64,000 nucleotides of DNA from Felis catus (Eukaryota). Numbering within the stretch: the stretch's first letter is position 1; each line of letters begins with the position of its first letter. Both the position numbers and the translations under genes were made by a program. Positions 24,606 to 37,643 of the stretch are shown here, one piece after another. The stretch lies in the NCBI RefSeq assembly GCF_018350175.1, contig NC_058381.1, forward strand, positions 744,001-808,000, in the 5' to 3' direction. The notes beneath the pieces are model-generated. The model was not told the origin of the DNA. It made no database searches and saw nothing but the letters and a program-made list of their open reading frames with translations.

Positions 24606-25271
24606 GTAACGCACGACTCCCGGCTGGCGTCAGGGGTACCGACCGGTGACGGCCACGACCCGTGTGTTTGCATGCATGTGCTCCTTTGCTTCTTTTCTGA
24701 GACGTTCTCACGTTCCGGGGACCGCTCTGCCCCCAGAGCTGGGAGGTGAGGCGTGGAAGCTCTCACCTGGGGAGCCCTCGCTGAGCCCTCGGAAAGGGTG
24801 AGGGCGGGGGTCCCGCGTGGCTGTGACGGGCTTCCAAGACCAGCGGGAGCCCGCGAGGACAGTCAGGAGAAGCAGGGAGGCGGCGGGAGAGGCCACTGCC
24901 TGGGAGCGGGGGATGTCCTGGCCGCAAACGCAGACAGAGGACAACCCCCTCCTTTCTGCTTTGGCTCCGTCACCTGGGATGGGAGGGGGAGGCCAGAAAG
25001 GAAGGCCCTAGTGGTCACAGAGCCTCCGCTGGGCCTCAGGCCACCTCCCCGAGGCTGTTTCCAAATGCTGGCCTGGGTGTGGAGGTTTCCCGGAGGCTCT
25101 GAGCACCGAGGACACCTGCCGACCCGCCTTGCTCTGCCTAGGGGCCAGCTGAGCACAGAGCACAGGGCACAGAGCACAGCCCAGGGACAGGAGCCCAGCA
25201 GATCAGCCGTCACGGCTGTTCTGACGGCCCGGCCCACCCGGGGGTGCTGACTCTAACCCGTCTTTTTCCAG

Positions 25272-25403
25272 GTGAAAACAGGACTCATGATGAACATAAT
25301 CGGAGTCTTCTGTGTATTTCTGGCTGTCAACACGTGGGGACGGGTCATCTTTGACTTGGACCATTTCCCTGACTGGGCTAACCTGACACACGCGGAGACC
25401 TAG
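25272..25403 (+). CDS. SLC13A5: SLC13A5 exon 12, terminal (VKTGLMMNIIGVFCVFLAVNTWGRVIFDLDHFPDWANLTHAET*)
   Basis: tccag|GTG; TAG at 25401-25403; C-terminal FPDWAN motif with an N-glycosylation sequon (NLT). Confidence 0.96.
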   Translation: MKTGLMMNIIGVFCVFLAVNTWGRVIFDLDHFPDWANLTHAET

Positions 25404-28400
25404 GGAGAGCCTCGCGACCCGGCACGCCGCCCCCACCCTCCTGAGGACCCGAACCTCCCAGCACACCTCCCGGCACAAGTTTGGGGTTCGCTCCCCAAAG
25501 CGATCCAGTGTTGCCCACACCCCCACGGAGACCCAGCCTGGGGGCTCCATGCAGAGCTGGGAGGGGGAGGGCTCTGTAGGGTGGGAGAGGGGGGAGCCCT
25601 CCGGGGGCCTGCTGTCACTCCTGGGACAGGGATCAGGACACAGGCTCCTGTCCCAGCTCGGCCGCCAGCCGGCCCCAGGCTGGGGTCTGGCGTCATCTAA
25701 GGGGGACTCCGATCACAGCTTGGGAAGCGAGAAAACAGCCTCCAGAGCCCGTCCCTCTTCCAGCGTCTCCTGGGCTCCTCCGCTCCTTCCTGTCGCTCGG
25801 CAGGGGCCACCCGGCCTGGGGACGGCCGCTGGGGTCGGAGCCTCTGGGACCCGTGGGGACCGTGTTGCGGCCGCCCGAGGATGAGGACTTTGGCTGACAT
25901 TAGCCACCGCACACCGCTGGCTAATCTCCCCTCCTGGCCTCGCCCCGTGTCAGCAGACGACGCGGACCCTTGCGCAGCCCTCCCACGCACCCCTTCTGTT
26001 GTCCGGGCCCACATATGCTCGGACCCCCGGACCGGGGCCCCCTGCACCCCGATCCTGCAGGCGGTGAGCCCAGCCTTGGGGGTGCTTTTCCTGACACCGC
26101 ATGCGGCCATGGCCGCACTCCACGTACGGGAGGCCGTGGCCCCTTTGGGGCCACCGGTGGGGATCCGGGTGCTCCTGCACCCGCAGGCCCGGCGTGGACA
26201 CAGCTGCTGACGGCCAAGAGCAGGGTCCCCATAGGGTCTCCCTGCCGGAGTTTCAGCTCCCTGCCGCTGACTGGTGGCCACAGAGCTGAGGATAAGCAGT
26301 GCTCGGCGGTCCCTGGGCTGACAGCATCTGGTGCCGCCGGGGGCAAGGACGGCAGGGCGGCGTGGGGACCCTCGGGACCTCCACCGCCCCCCCCCCCCCC
26401 CGCCAGCCTCCTTGGCCGCTCTGGAAGCAGAAGCACGTCAGGATCCTTGAAGGCATTTTTCAGGGCAGGACACCGTTCAGGACTCAGGGCAACGCCCTTG
26501 GGGACCACGCTCCCGGGAGGGGATCATTCCGGGCCCTGCCCTGCGTACCTTCCACGGACAGGTGCACTGGCTCTGAGAGGGGGCAGGTGGGTGAGTGAGC
26601 CTTACTGGCCGCCCACCTCTCGTCCCCGGTGCTGCCCCGGGATCTGTACCTGGGTCCCCGCGGCAGCCACATGGGCTGGGCCGGTGTTATCCTCACTTGT
26701 CTGTCGAGGACACGGGCTCCGAGGGGCCAAGTCATGTGTCCAAAGTTGCGTCCAGGTTGGCGGCAGTTAGGGCTCCATCCGGACCTTCCACCTTGGTGTC
26801 CACTGCTCCCCGTCTGGCCGAGAAGGGCCTGGCCCCCAGGGGCCTGTCGGGGACAGTGGGGGGCCACGGGTTCGGGGAAGAGAGTCGCACCGGGGCCCCC
26901 ACCGCTGCCTCCTCAGAGGCAGGCTCAAGACAGCACGGGGCGTCTGTGTCCGAGGGAGCAAAGTGTCCGGTTGGGGAGAGTGTGAGGATGGCCGGCTGCT
27001 CCTCCAAGGTGAGGGGACGTGTCCGTGCCCCTGTCCGGCGGCCCCGAGGGCCTGGGCCCCCCGCCGGCCGGGAGCTGGGACGTTGGCCGGGCCAGAGGGG
27101 CCCCTGTGGGTGCGGCCGGTGGACACGCCAAGAGGGTGGTCGTGAGAGAGGTCACGAAGGCCGTCCAGGGGGCCTGGCTGGGGGCTGGGGGCAGGGGGGC
27201 TCCAGCTAGCTGACAGGAAGCTGGGCGGGGGCTTCCGGAGAGCAGACCCTTGGCCTGGGGACCCAGACCACAGGCTGCTTCTACACAACTTCTCCCGAAG
27301 CCGCGCGCGCCCCATTGTGGCCAGTGCCCGCCAGGACCGCGTTCGGCCGCAAAGTAACCATCGGGCGTGTGGTGTCCCCGGGACAGGAACTCTGAGGTCG
27401 ATGGCCCTGGACTCCTGAGCACACGGAGCTTTCACTGTGACGCTTGCCCCTGCGGCCCCTGGCGCTGGAGGCGGGAAGAAGGGAGCGTGAGGTCTGCTGC
27501 GACTTCCCCTTTTACCAGGAAAGCAAACGCTTTGTCCGAAGGCCCGAGTCTCCCCTCCAGGGGCTGCCGGCCACAGCGTGGCCACAGGCCACCGTTAGGC
27601 GGGTCGTGGGCCCAGGGCAACCGGAGCGTCGTCAGGACTTCAGGAGGCCAGTCGGGACTCCTCTCCCGGGCCTGGGGAATGGGCCCACGTTTCCTCCACC
27701 CACCACAACGTCGGGGTTCTGGCAGGAAAACGGTGGGGGTGCTGTTGGGCCGCTGGCCACCAGGGCTACTCTGGCCCCTCCGAGGGCCCTTCCCCAAGGG
27801 ACCCACGGCTCCCCTCACCCACCGCCGCCCCCACCCGGTCTTCGCCATTTGCCGGAAGGCCTCTCGCACCTCTGCCCCGTCAACATTTTGCCTCTGAGAG
27901 GTTCTGCCCGAGACCCTTGTTCTCTCTTCTTGGCACCTGCCTGGACGTTTGGGCCCGAGGTGCACCGAGCACGCGGTCCTGACCGGGACGGCTCTCTCAG
28001 CCGCATGGCCGGGGACTCAACGACCCCACGGGGGTCCCGCGCGTTGCCCAGGTTGTGCAGCGTCTACCCCCGTCCCGCGGGCTGAGAGCTTCCTCAGGGA
28101 AAGGCCCCAGCCTCCCCCGCTGGCAGGGCCACTGAGCCGTGTCCCCGTGTCCCCGGGACGGGTGACCGGTCCCTCCTCCCCACCGTCCGTCCCACGGTGG
28201 CCGACGAGGGACAGTGAGTCATCTGCTCTGGGCTCCGAGCGGGGATGAGCTCGGCAGCATGGAGTCCAGCCTCAAAGTGAACACTCAGTGGGCTGTTGGT
28301 GGCTTGTCCTCGGAATAGAAGTGAAGACCAGTTCCAGGACTGTCTGGAGGTCCTGCTCGTGGCTCAGAACCCCTTCTTCTAGGTGCTTCTCCCTCAGGTC

Positions 28401-29099
28401 CTATGGCCTCTTAGGAGCTGTACCTCCCAACCCGCCAGGGAAGCTTCCTCTCACACACACACACACGCAAAAAACTAGAAGTTTCCACCAGATAACCCCC
28501 CTGTGCCACGAGCTGGGTTTTCACGTTCTTCAGTGGAAATCTGACCATCTCGGGCTGAAATCCTCGCAGTCCGGTACTGGGTTCGTTTCTCTTGGTGCCC
28601 TGGTTCGGGATTCCGCTTCTCCCTTCCCTGGTCTGCTTGTCCACGTGCCCACGTCCACCCCGAGCGACGCAGGCCGCCCCCGGCCGGCCGCCGTAAGGCA
28701 GCGTTTGTGGCCCCGCTTCCAGAGAAACCCCAGACTCGAGTCTCGGAAGGCTGTTACCCAGTCGGGAAAGTCTGGCTGGTTTTTGTATTTAAAAAGTTAA
28801 CACCAACACGGTACAAGAAATTCCGACGGTACCAAACAGCGTTGAGATGTGCCCTCCACGCCGGACCTCAAGGCCTCCAGCCCCTCCGGAAAGGGGTTTG
28901 CCAACAGTGTCTTCCACATCCTTCCAGAAACATCTTGTATATATGAGCTGTTGAAATAGATGTACATCCTCCTTACCACACGGGGCATGCTGTGTGCACT
29001 GTCCTTATTCCCGCCGCTCCCCTTAATTTATTTGGAGATCATTCCATTCCAGGGCATGTTAGGTTTGACTCGTTTTTATGTCTTTCCATTCAGCGGTTA

Positions 29100-29890
29100 A
29101 TTTTGTTTTTAAATTGAGGTGAAATTAAATCCAGTGAATTGTACGGGTCTTGAGTATACAGCTCAGTGTTTTAAGCAACCGTCTACACCTTGTAAGCGAC
29201 ATCGCCGCCCCCACCCCGGCCCACGTTCCCGCCTCCCTCCGCCTGGAAGGCCGCGGCCCCGTCCCGTAACCCACCCCCTCCCCCAGGCAGCCCCTGTTCC
29301 CGTAAACCTCCCTTACCGCGGGCTAGCTTTGCTCGTTGAACTTCATACACACACGGATCCGTAAAGTACACACCCTCTTGTGTCTGATGTATTTGCTGAA
29401 CCGAATGCTTCTGGTAATTCACTCCGGTCGCTGTTGCTGAGTGGCGATCTGTCGTGCGAACAGGCTACAGTCTGTTTACTGTCCTCGGGTGGACCCTTGG
29501 GGTGTTCCAGTGTGGGGTTATTACGAATAAAGCCGTTCCCTTCTCTGCACGGGTCTGTTTGTGGACGTGGGTTTTCGTTTCTCCTGGGCACGGGCCTAGG
29601 AGCAAGCCCCAGGCTTTTTAAAAGCTGCATCGTACTCCGTTGTAAGAATGTACCGTCCGACACCGTAGTGAACGTGCCTGGACTTACATCTGCATGAATC
29701 TACTCTCCCAGGACGGCAGGCTGCAGGGAAGGGTGTGTGCATTTAAATCTGGGACAGATGCTGCCCAACGGCTTTCCAAAGAGGCTCTGTGTGACGCCCT
29801 ATTGTCGCACATCTTAGCAACTCCGTGTACGATCAAGCTTCTCAATCTTCGCTAATGTGACCATTGAAGAATACGAACTCATGATTTTCA
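29100..29890 (-). mobile_element. Old LINE-1 3' end fragments (antisense)
   Basis: tttaaattgaggtgaaatt..., tgttccagtgtggggttattacgaataaagc..tgtttgtggacgtgggttttcgtttctcctggg. Confidence 0.55.
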
Positions 29891-29895
29891 ATTTC

Positions 29896-30122
29896 TTTTT
29901 TTTTTAATTTTTTAAATGTTTTTATTTATTTTTGAGACAGAGAGAGAGACAGAGCATGAGCAGGGGAGGGGCAGAGAGAGAGGGAGACACAGAATCGGAA
30001 GCAGGCTCCAGGCTCCGAGCTGTCAGCACAGAGCCCGACGCGGGTCTCAAACTCACAAACCGTGAGACCGTGACCTGAGCCGAGGTCGGACGCTTAACCG
30101 ACTGAGCCTCCCAGGCGCCCCC
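29896..30122 (-). mobile_element. CAN-SINE
   Basis: Reverse-complement SINEC_Fc-like sequence. Confidence 0.92.
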
Positions 30123-30253
30123 CGATTTCTTGAAATTACATAGAACAAGGAACATGAATTTTTTCCCCACATATTTATAAACCATTTGTGTCTCTTTTTG
30201 GTGAACTCCCTTTTCCCACTTTTCTTCAAAAGTTTTTTAAAAGGCCTTTCCTT

Positions 30254-30450
30254 GGGGCCTTTTTTGGGTGGCTCAGTCGGTTGAGCATCTGACTCTTGAT
30301 TTCAACTCAGGTCATGATCTCAGGGTCTTGGGATGGAGCCCCACGTCAGGTTCTGGGCGGACAGCACGGAGGCAGATTGGAATCCCCCCTCCCCCCGCCG
30401 CCGTCCCTCTCTAGCTCACTATCTATCTCAAATACACATGAAAAAGTAAG
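30254..30450 (+). mobile_element. CAN-SINE (older, diverged)
   Basis: gggtggctcagtcggttgagcatctgactcttgatttcaactcaggtcatgatctc. Confidence 0.8.
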
Positions 30451-30725
30451 TTTTTTTAAAAGGTCTTTTCTTATTCATTTGTAAGAACTCTTTATATATT
30501 AAGGACACTGGTCATTTGGCATAGGAATGTTCATAGTCTATGTTAAGATCTGGTGAAGCTCGTTACTCTCTGCTTATTCTTCTCTGTAATCTCCCTCAAC
30601 CCCCGCCCTAGCGATTCTCACAAACTTTTCCATAAGAATTTCTGAATCAGCTTCTCTAGTTCCAAAAACAACCCGGTGGGCATTTACCTCTCCGGCCATC
30701 TCTCCCACTGCTCTCCCTCCCCCTC

Positions 30726-30892
30726 CAGGGTTTCTGGGCCTCGGCGCTGTTGGCACTTGGGGCCGAATCGTTCTGTGCTGTGGGATATTCAGCAGCGTCC
30801 TGGCTTCTATTCACCAGATGCCAAGAGCAGCCCCACACCCCCACCCTCCCGCCGGGACAGTGAAACACGACTCCACGTGTTGCCAAGCGTCC
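30726..30892 (-). mobile_element. MER20-like fragment
   Basis: cagggtttct..cctcggcgctgttggcacttggggccgaatcgttct..accagatgcca. Confidence 0.6.
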
Positions 30893-33057
30893 GGAACCGC
30901 GGGCAGAGCCTATCTGGCTGCACCGGACCCCTCGCTGCTCCCTGACCAGGCGAGCCACACTCTGTGCCAGTGGCCCCACGCACTCCATACGTTCCTTCAT
31001 TTTTCTGTGCTGGCTGTCCATCCTCCAGCAGAGTATAATTTGCTTCTCGAGTTCTTTCGTTTGCGTCCCCTGCACCTTGAGGAGTGCCAGCCTCGCGAGG
31101 GCAGGGGATGTGGGCTGTCTTATACTCCCGCATCCCCGAAGCCTGGAGCACATCTGGCACTTAGTGTAGTCTGACTCGGGTTGTTTCCGTTCAAGAGCTC
31201 ATTCTGTTTTTAAATTGGAGAAATGAGTAAATCGGAATAGGTTTGTAGTCGAACTCAGATGACAAAGGACATCTACACAGAAGATGCCCTTTCCCGTGTA
31301 CCCGAGCTCCTCCTACGCCCTCCCGTCCGGTGCAAAGTACGCTGTAAATAAGCAGCAGTAAATGTTTTTCGTGGTGAACATCTGTCCAGCCTGTTTCTAT
31401 TTTCCCTGTTAGTGGGCTTGGGAAGCTGGGCCTCCGACTCACAGGGTGTGGGGACGGGCTGCCAGCAGGGGACGGGCCCCAGGACTGACCTCAGCCGGGG
31501 TAGGTCGTGTCCGGGACCCCTCCCGGTCTGGTCTCTCTCCTCGGCTGACCGAGCTTCCCAGGCGCGCATCTCCGCCCCCCTCCCCGTGGGGCTCCAGCCC
31601 AGGGACACGGAAGAGAGATTGCTGAAGCGGGTCCCACCTCATGCCGTGTCCCCAGAAACCCAGGGGCTCAGCTCCGAGCTCTGCTGCGGGGCAGGTGACA
31701 GGTCGGAGAGCGACCTTTCTTGGCCGGTTCCCTCGCCTGAAGGGAGGGTCTGTGCCAGGGACAGACTGTCCAGTGGGGCAGGGGTGTTAGAGGAGAGCCT
31801 TTCCTTCCCTTTCCGTTTCCCAGACCCTTCTGGCCGGGCCTGCCCCCCACCTGGTGCTACACTCCCGCCCAGGCCTGCAGGGTGGGGGTGGGGGGAGGCC
31901 GGCCCCTCCTCCCGGGGTGGCCCCCGGCCTGTGAGGGGTCACGAGGACCTCTCCAGGGTTCTGAGAGCTCTGGGCCATCATCACCGCCTCTCGTGGGACC
32001 CCCTGTTCACCAGTGCCTGGGAGCAGGCCCCAGGCCCACCCCAAGGTCACCCTGACCATGCCTGGGGCAGCCCCCAGATGGGTCTGAAGCCGTGACCTGG
32101 ACCTACCCCGGCAAGGGTCAGACCTGCAGAAGAACACAGCTCCAGAAAGACCATATAAACCAAGCTGAAGGGGGTGGTGCAGAGGCCCCGAACACGGGTG
32201 TGCCAAGCGCTGTGCGGTGTCCCGCCTGCCCTGCCCCCAGCCGGGCGTTACACCGGCCCCCGTGGCCCTCTCAGCCTCGGAGCTGGGACACGGCTTCCAG
32301 GGACCCGGGGCTCCTGCCCACGGCAGGCTCTGTGGTGTCCGCGGTTGGTCACTTGACATTTATAGCCACAGAGCCTCTCGGCTCACTGTCCCTGCGGTGG
32401 GGCCCGGCTCTGGGGACAGCACGGCTGTGGTGAGCTGGGAGCTGGCCACAGCCCCGAGGCTGAGCTGGGAGGGAGGCCCGGCGCCCGCCACGGGCTCGCC
32501 CCGAGCTCTTTCTAGAACCTGGCTTGAGGCTGGGGAAGCTGCCGCGGTGCTGAGGCCACCCCCCCCCCCGACCCCCGTCCCCCGGACCTCTGGCACTCCG
32601 GGCCTAGGCGCGGGTGCAGGGGTGAAGGAGCCATGGACTGGAGACGGGCTTACGGGAGGGCTGGATGCCAGGGGCAGGGGCCTCGGGGGGCCTCTGTGTG
32701 CTGGCCCCACCTGCATTTTGGACCCTGCGGCCCTGTGCGACCCTGCCCTGGCTGGCCCTCAGCACACACGGGCAGCAGCCACGTCTCCCTCCGGCCAGAG
32801 AGAGGCTGGGCTGGGAGGGGCTGAGGAGGCGGGCAGGGGGTCCAAACACGCCAGCCCCAGCAGAGCCGACCCTGACATGGTTCTGACTCCAAAAGCCCAC
32901 TGCTGGCACTGGGAGGACTGGAGTTGTGTTGAACGTGGAAGGGAGGTCCCGCGGGCCTGAGACCTGGGAGGGGCAGGGCTTGGCTCCCCTGTGCCCAGCC
33001 TCCACTCTGCTCTGCTGTGGCTCAGTGAGGGGCCACCCAGTCACAGACTGGCTCCCT

Positions 33058-33219
33058 GCCCTGACTCTGGCCTGCCCCTGCCCCCCACCCACCCCTGGAC
33101 CCTGGGGCCTGACTCTGGCCTGCCCCTGCCCCCCACCCACCCCTGGACCCTGGGGCCTGACTCTGGCCTGCCCCTCCCCCCCACCCACCCCAGAACCCAG
33201 GGCCCTGACTCTGGCCTGC
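33058..33219. repeat. 48-bp tandem repeat, ~3.3 copies, C-rich
   Basis: CTGACTCTGGCCTGC recurs at 33061, 33109, 33157 and 33205. Confidence 0.92.
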
Positions 33220-36200
33220 TCTTGGAGAACTCTGGGATTAACAGTCAGGTCAGGGAGGGAGGGAGGGAGGAGGGAAGGAGTCTGGGGCCAGGCATGAGTC
33301 GGGCCTCTGGGCGTCTGGAAGCTCACACCCTACAATCCAGGGAAATTCCAGAGAGCAATCAGGGGAGAGGACGGGTGCAGGTAGGGCCTGATTATGGGGT
33401 GGGGTGTGGAGCGGGCCTGTGGGAGGGCAGGGCCACCTTGGGGAGGTGAGGCAGGACAGCTACCTAAAAATGGAGCCGATTTTCATATAAATAGAACACT
33501 TCTGGGTCTGTTTCTTTTTTAGAGTTAGGACTTATTTCAGCACTCTATCCTCCGCAAACGTCCTGGCAGCCCCTGGTGGTTTCAGCCTGGTGACACGGGC
33601 AGCTGGTTGGCTCAGGTCACCGTGCCCTGAATCTGGGTCCCCGCACCAAGGAACGATTCAGTCTTCCATTCGCCGGCCCTGCCAGATGCCTGCTGTGCGC
33701 CTGGATGGGGTCTCAGGGAAGAACCCGGCTCTGTCCCTGCCGTCCAGGGTGGACCCGGGAAACAGCCCTCAGCCGCACAGACTGTGGAAGGGCACGTGTT
33801 ACCTCGGTCTGTGTGAATCAGCAAAGGCTTCCCGGGATCCATTCTAAGCAGAGTTTTGAAGGATGCACACTTTCGTAGATTCTCCTTTTTTCTTTCTTTC
33901 TTCTTAACAAGCGGTAAACAACTGTGGCAAATATCAGACCAGTGACAGAGAGACAGACGTGGACCCTGGCCTGAGGATTCTGGTAGGAGAGTCACGTGAA
34001 CGGTGACAAGGGGGCACATCACGATAGACAGGAGAGGAGTCAAAGGCAACACAAGGGAGCCGTCGGCCCCACAGCTGGCTCGTCCTGGGGTTTGGCTGGG
34101 GCAGGGGGCAGTGCGTGTGGCCGGGGGGGGGGCAACAGGTGCACGGAGGGGCTTAGGCCGCCGCTTGAGCCTCAAGCGGAGATGATGACTCCAGTTGTGT
34201 CTGCCTGGCAGGGGTGACAGCGACGAGGGCACACGGGAAGGGCCTTCAGTTGACCAGCAGGGCTCCCGGGACCAGGGCTCAGGACAGTGTGGGGGCCCCG
34301 CGGGGAAAGGGCTGGTGCAGCTCCAGGTGTGCGAGTGGGGGCCCAGTCCCACTCTTGCCCCCTCAGGGGTGTCTCCGTGGGGCTGAGAAGGGCTGTTCCC
34401 TGGTGGGTGGAGGGGGGGGGTCCGGGGACAGGTCTGGCCCCTTTCTGCTCCTTGGATTTTTTTCTCTTTTCTGAACGGGGCCCCTTTGGGCAAAGCCAGC
34501 CCGTCTGTGACAACTGTCCCCAATGGCCAGGGCTTGGCCTATCTGACCCTGAGGTGAGGGGCAGGGGCAGAGCAGCATTCAGGAGCCTTCCAGAGGGCAG
34601 AGGCTGAGATCACCCTGACCGAGGACGGAGCCCCACCGGCCCCCTCAGCAGCTCGGCAGGCCCCAGGCTCAGGCCCGAGGCCGAGGCCGGGCAAAGCTGG
34701 GGCGTCTCGTCTGCTCACAAGCATCGGTGGTCTTGACCGAGGCCGGTGCTGACTCTGACAGCTGACTCTGGCTCTAACAAGACTGGCCCTGCGAGAGGCC
34801 CGTTACCTGCCAGTGGTTGGCATTCAAAATAGAATCTCGAGTTGCAGCAAAGCCTTTAATTCGATGTGTCCCAACAGCGGGTCGGTGTGTGGATGACTAT
34901 GATCCGGTCGGTCCCGGGCTGTAATCACGGAGTCAGAATGAAAAATTACAGGCATTGTGTGGGCTTGTTTTAAATATAACGTAATCCACACCGTCCTCTC
35001 TCTTATTTGCTAGATTTGAAGTGGAGTCTTTGGCAATTGGCACAGGTTTTGCCTGACGTGTAGCGGATAAAAATGGCCCTTGCTCCGTGAACAGGGCACA
35101 AGGAAGGCCTCCCCAGACCCCGAGTGTTCCCTACTGCGCGTGGCCCGTGCGGCCGTGGGCTCAGACTCGGGCCCTGCGTCCGCCCAGCCGTGGGAGAGTC
35201 CCGGCAGGTAACAGATGCGTGGGCTCAGCTCTGTCGCGACGAGGAGGCCGCGCATCCTGGGGCGACCCCAGGGCCGCCACAGACACGCATGCCCTCTCCC
35301 TCCCCAAGCCTCAGCTGACCCGCTCAAAGCAAGCGGTAGACGCACCGCCTTTCGAATCAATGTTTCCTAACGGTGTTTTCCCCGGTGTCTTTGTGTGTGG
35401 TGAGGTGGGCACGGGTCGGTTCAGCCTTTCTGGAAAGAAAAAGTAGAATTGCACACGTATTCCTTCGGGGAGGAATCCGACCCGAGGGAAATAAATCAGG
35501 GACCAAGATTTGTGGTCAAAATAGGTTCACCGCGGTGTGTTTCGACGCTCTTGAAAGGCTGAGAAGAGAAACAGACGCTTCCCCGGGCGACAGCAGGAGT
35601 TTACAGCGTGCTCACCCTGCAGCCCCTCGAGGTCATGGCACACGTCTCGCTGGGGGGCAGAAGCCTACGACAGAAAGTGAAACACAGAAGCGCGCACGCT
35701 GTCCGACCCCAGCGATGGCACGGCACGGCCGCAGGAGGGAAGGGCGCGGCGAGTCTGTGGGATCGAATTTCGTTGGGGATGTTTTCTCCATTTTCCGAAT
35801 GTTTTCTATCTGGTGTAATAACAACCGTAAAACAGCTGAGTGTTGAAAAACGTCAAATACGATGAGTAGGGAGGGGGGACCTGCCGTCCGGGCTCCCGTC
35901 CGGCTTTCGCCGGCCGTCCTCGGGGTCCGCGAGGTGACCGCGGAGACCGGGGCTCCCCCTGCCTCAGTGGCGGGCAGCGACGGGTCCCACGCCTGGAGTC
36001 AGCGATCCGCCAACCGCGGGGCTTCCCCAGACGTGTCTGCCTGAGTAGATTAGTGGCCTTCTAAAATCTTCCCAGGCGCCCCAGAAACGTCAAAGCCGTG
36101 GGAAGCAGGGCAGCCGCCGGCCCAGCTCATCCCTGCTGCGCCACGGAGCGCCCGTGGCCCCCCACCCACCTGGGGCCCAGTGGGCTTTCTGCCGGAGACG

Positions 36201-37415
36201 TGAGCTCTCCCTGCCATTTAGGCGGGGGGCCCCGTTGCTGCCCACACATCTGGGCTTTGGGGACCCCCTCCTGGCTCTGCTGGACCACCCATCCCCAGCT
36301 GCCAGGACACGCGGGCCCACCTGGCGAGCTGTCACGAGGGTAGGGAGCCTCTGGGAGGGTCGCTCCCTGCCGCCTCTCGGTAGGTCAGCCCAGACGAGGC
36401 CACCTGCAGAGACGAGGGGTGGGGCTGCAGAGGCCGGTGGCCAGTGTCCGGGTCTAGCTGGCAGCTTGCCTGGGACTTCCGTGAACCAGACCCGTGCCTG
36501 CCCAGTCAGCCGCTGAAGACGGACAGGATTCAGAAGCTGAAAGGCTGAGACGGACAGACAGACAGGCCTCAGAGGGAGGTGGAGCGGGAAGGACGGACGC
36601 AGAGGCTGTGACGTGGAAGACGCCCCCGGCCAAGCGCGCTCACCCTGGGGCAGACGTCTGCGGTGCCCACGACGCGCCCCTCCAAAATCAGCACACGCTG
36701 AGGAGGTGATGGCACCTCGTGCCGTCCAGACGGCGGGAAAACCATAAAATCCGCAAACACGTTGCCAGGGGCCTGTCAGCACAGCCTCGTAGGGAAGAAA
36801 TCGGGCAATGCGTGTTGCCAGGGCTACTAAAACGTTTATCCCGCCTTCCGCGGTAATCCCACCGCCGGGAACGTGTGGGAAGCACGTAATTCAACCGAAA
36901 AATGGCAGACTTGTCCGTAGGAGCTGACGAGTGCAGGGACAACCCTCGTGTCCGACGTGCTCCAGTGTGGCCGCCGTGAGCGTTTTTAGAGATAGGGAGT
37001 ATGAAGGCTATCTGACAACGTTTAAGGATCCTTAGAATACGTGCAAACAAGCAGAAAATAAAACTACCTACACGTGAAAATTAATAATTACGTAAAGCAG
37101 CCGCCGGGACGTTGGGGCGGCCCCGCCTCTGCTGGTGAACGTGGTCTGTGCCTCCCCGCTGGCCACACAGACACTCCTGTCTTCCTCGGGGCCCTGCCCT
37201 GCTGTGCCCTGTCTGGGGCTCTCTAACTGCGAAGCCGCAGACCTCAGGCTGGTGGGGACACAGTCCCGGCCGAGCCCGCCCACCCGGCCAGCTCACCCTG
37301 GTGGCCCCACAGGGTCTGGGTGATGCCCACTAAGTCATTCCAAGCTCACACCTCGAGGCACCAAACCAGAACAGGTACGGGGGGGCTGGGTGTCGGGTTA
37401 AGAAAAGGGACGAAT

Positions 37416-37643
37416 GGGGGCGCCTGGGTGGCTCAGTCGGTTGGGCGTCCGACTTCGGCTCAGGTCACTATCTCGCGGACACGTGAGTTCGAGCCCCGCG
37501 TTGGGCTCTGTGCTGACAGCTCAGAGCCTGGAGCCTGCTTCAGATTCTGTGTCTCCCTCTCTCTCTGGCCCTCCTCTGTTCATGGTCTGTCTCTCTCTGT
37601 CTCAAAAATAAACATTAAAAAAAAAAAATTAAAAAAAAAAAAA
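37416..37643 (+). mobile_element. CAN-SINE with TSD
   Basis: TSD AAGAAAAGGGA(C/T)GAAT at 37400-37415 and 37644-37659. Confidence 0.93.

Noticed and set aside
34800-35080. AT-richer island resembling an enhancer
   Set aside because: Nothing beyond base composition supports it without conservation or chromatin data
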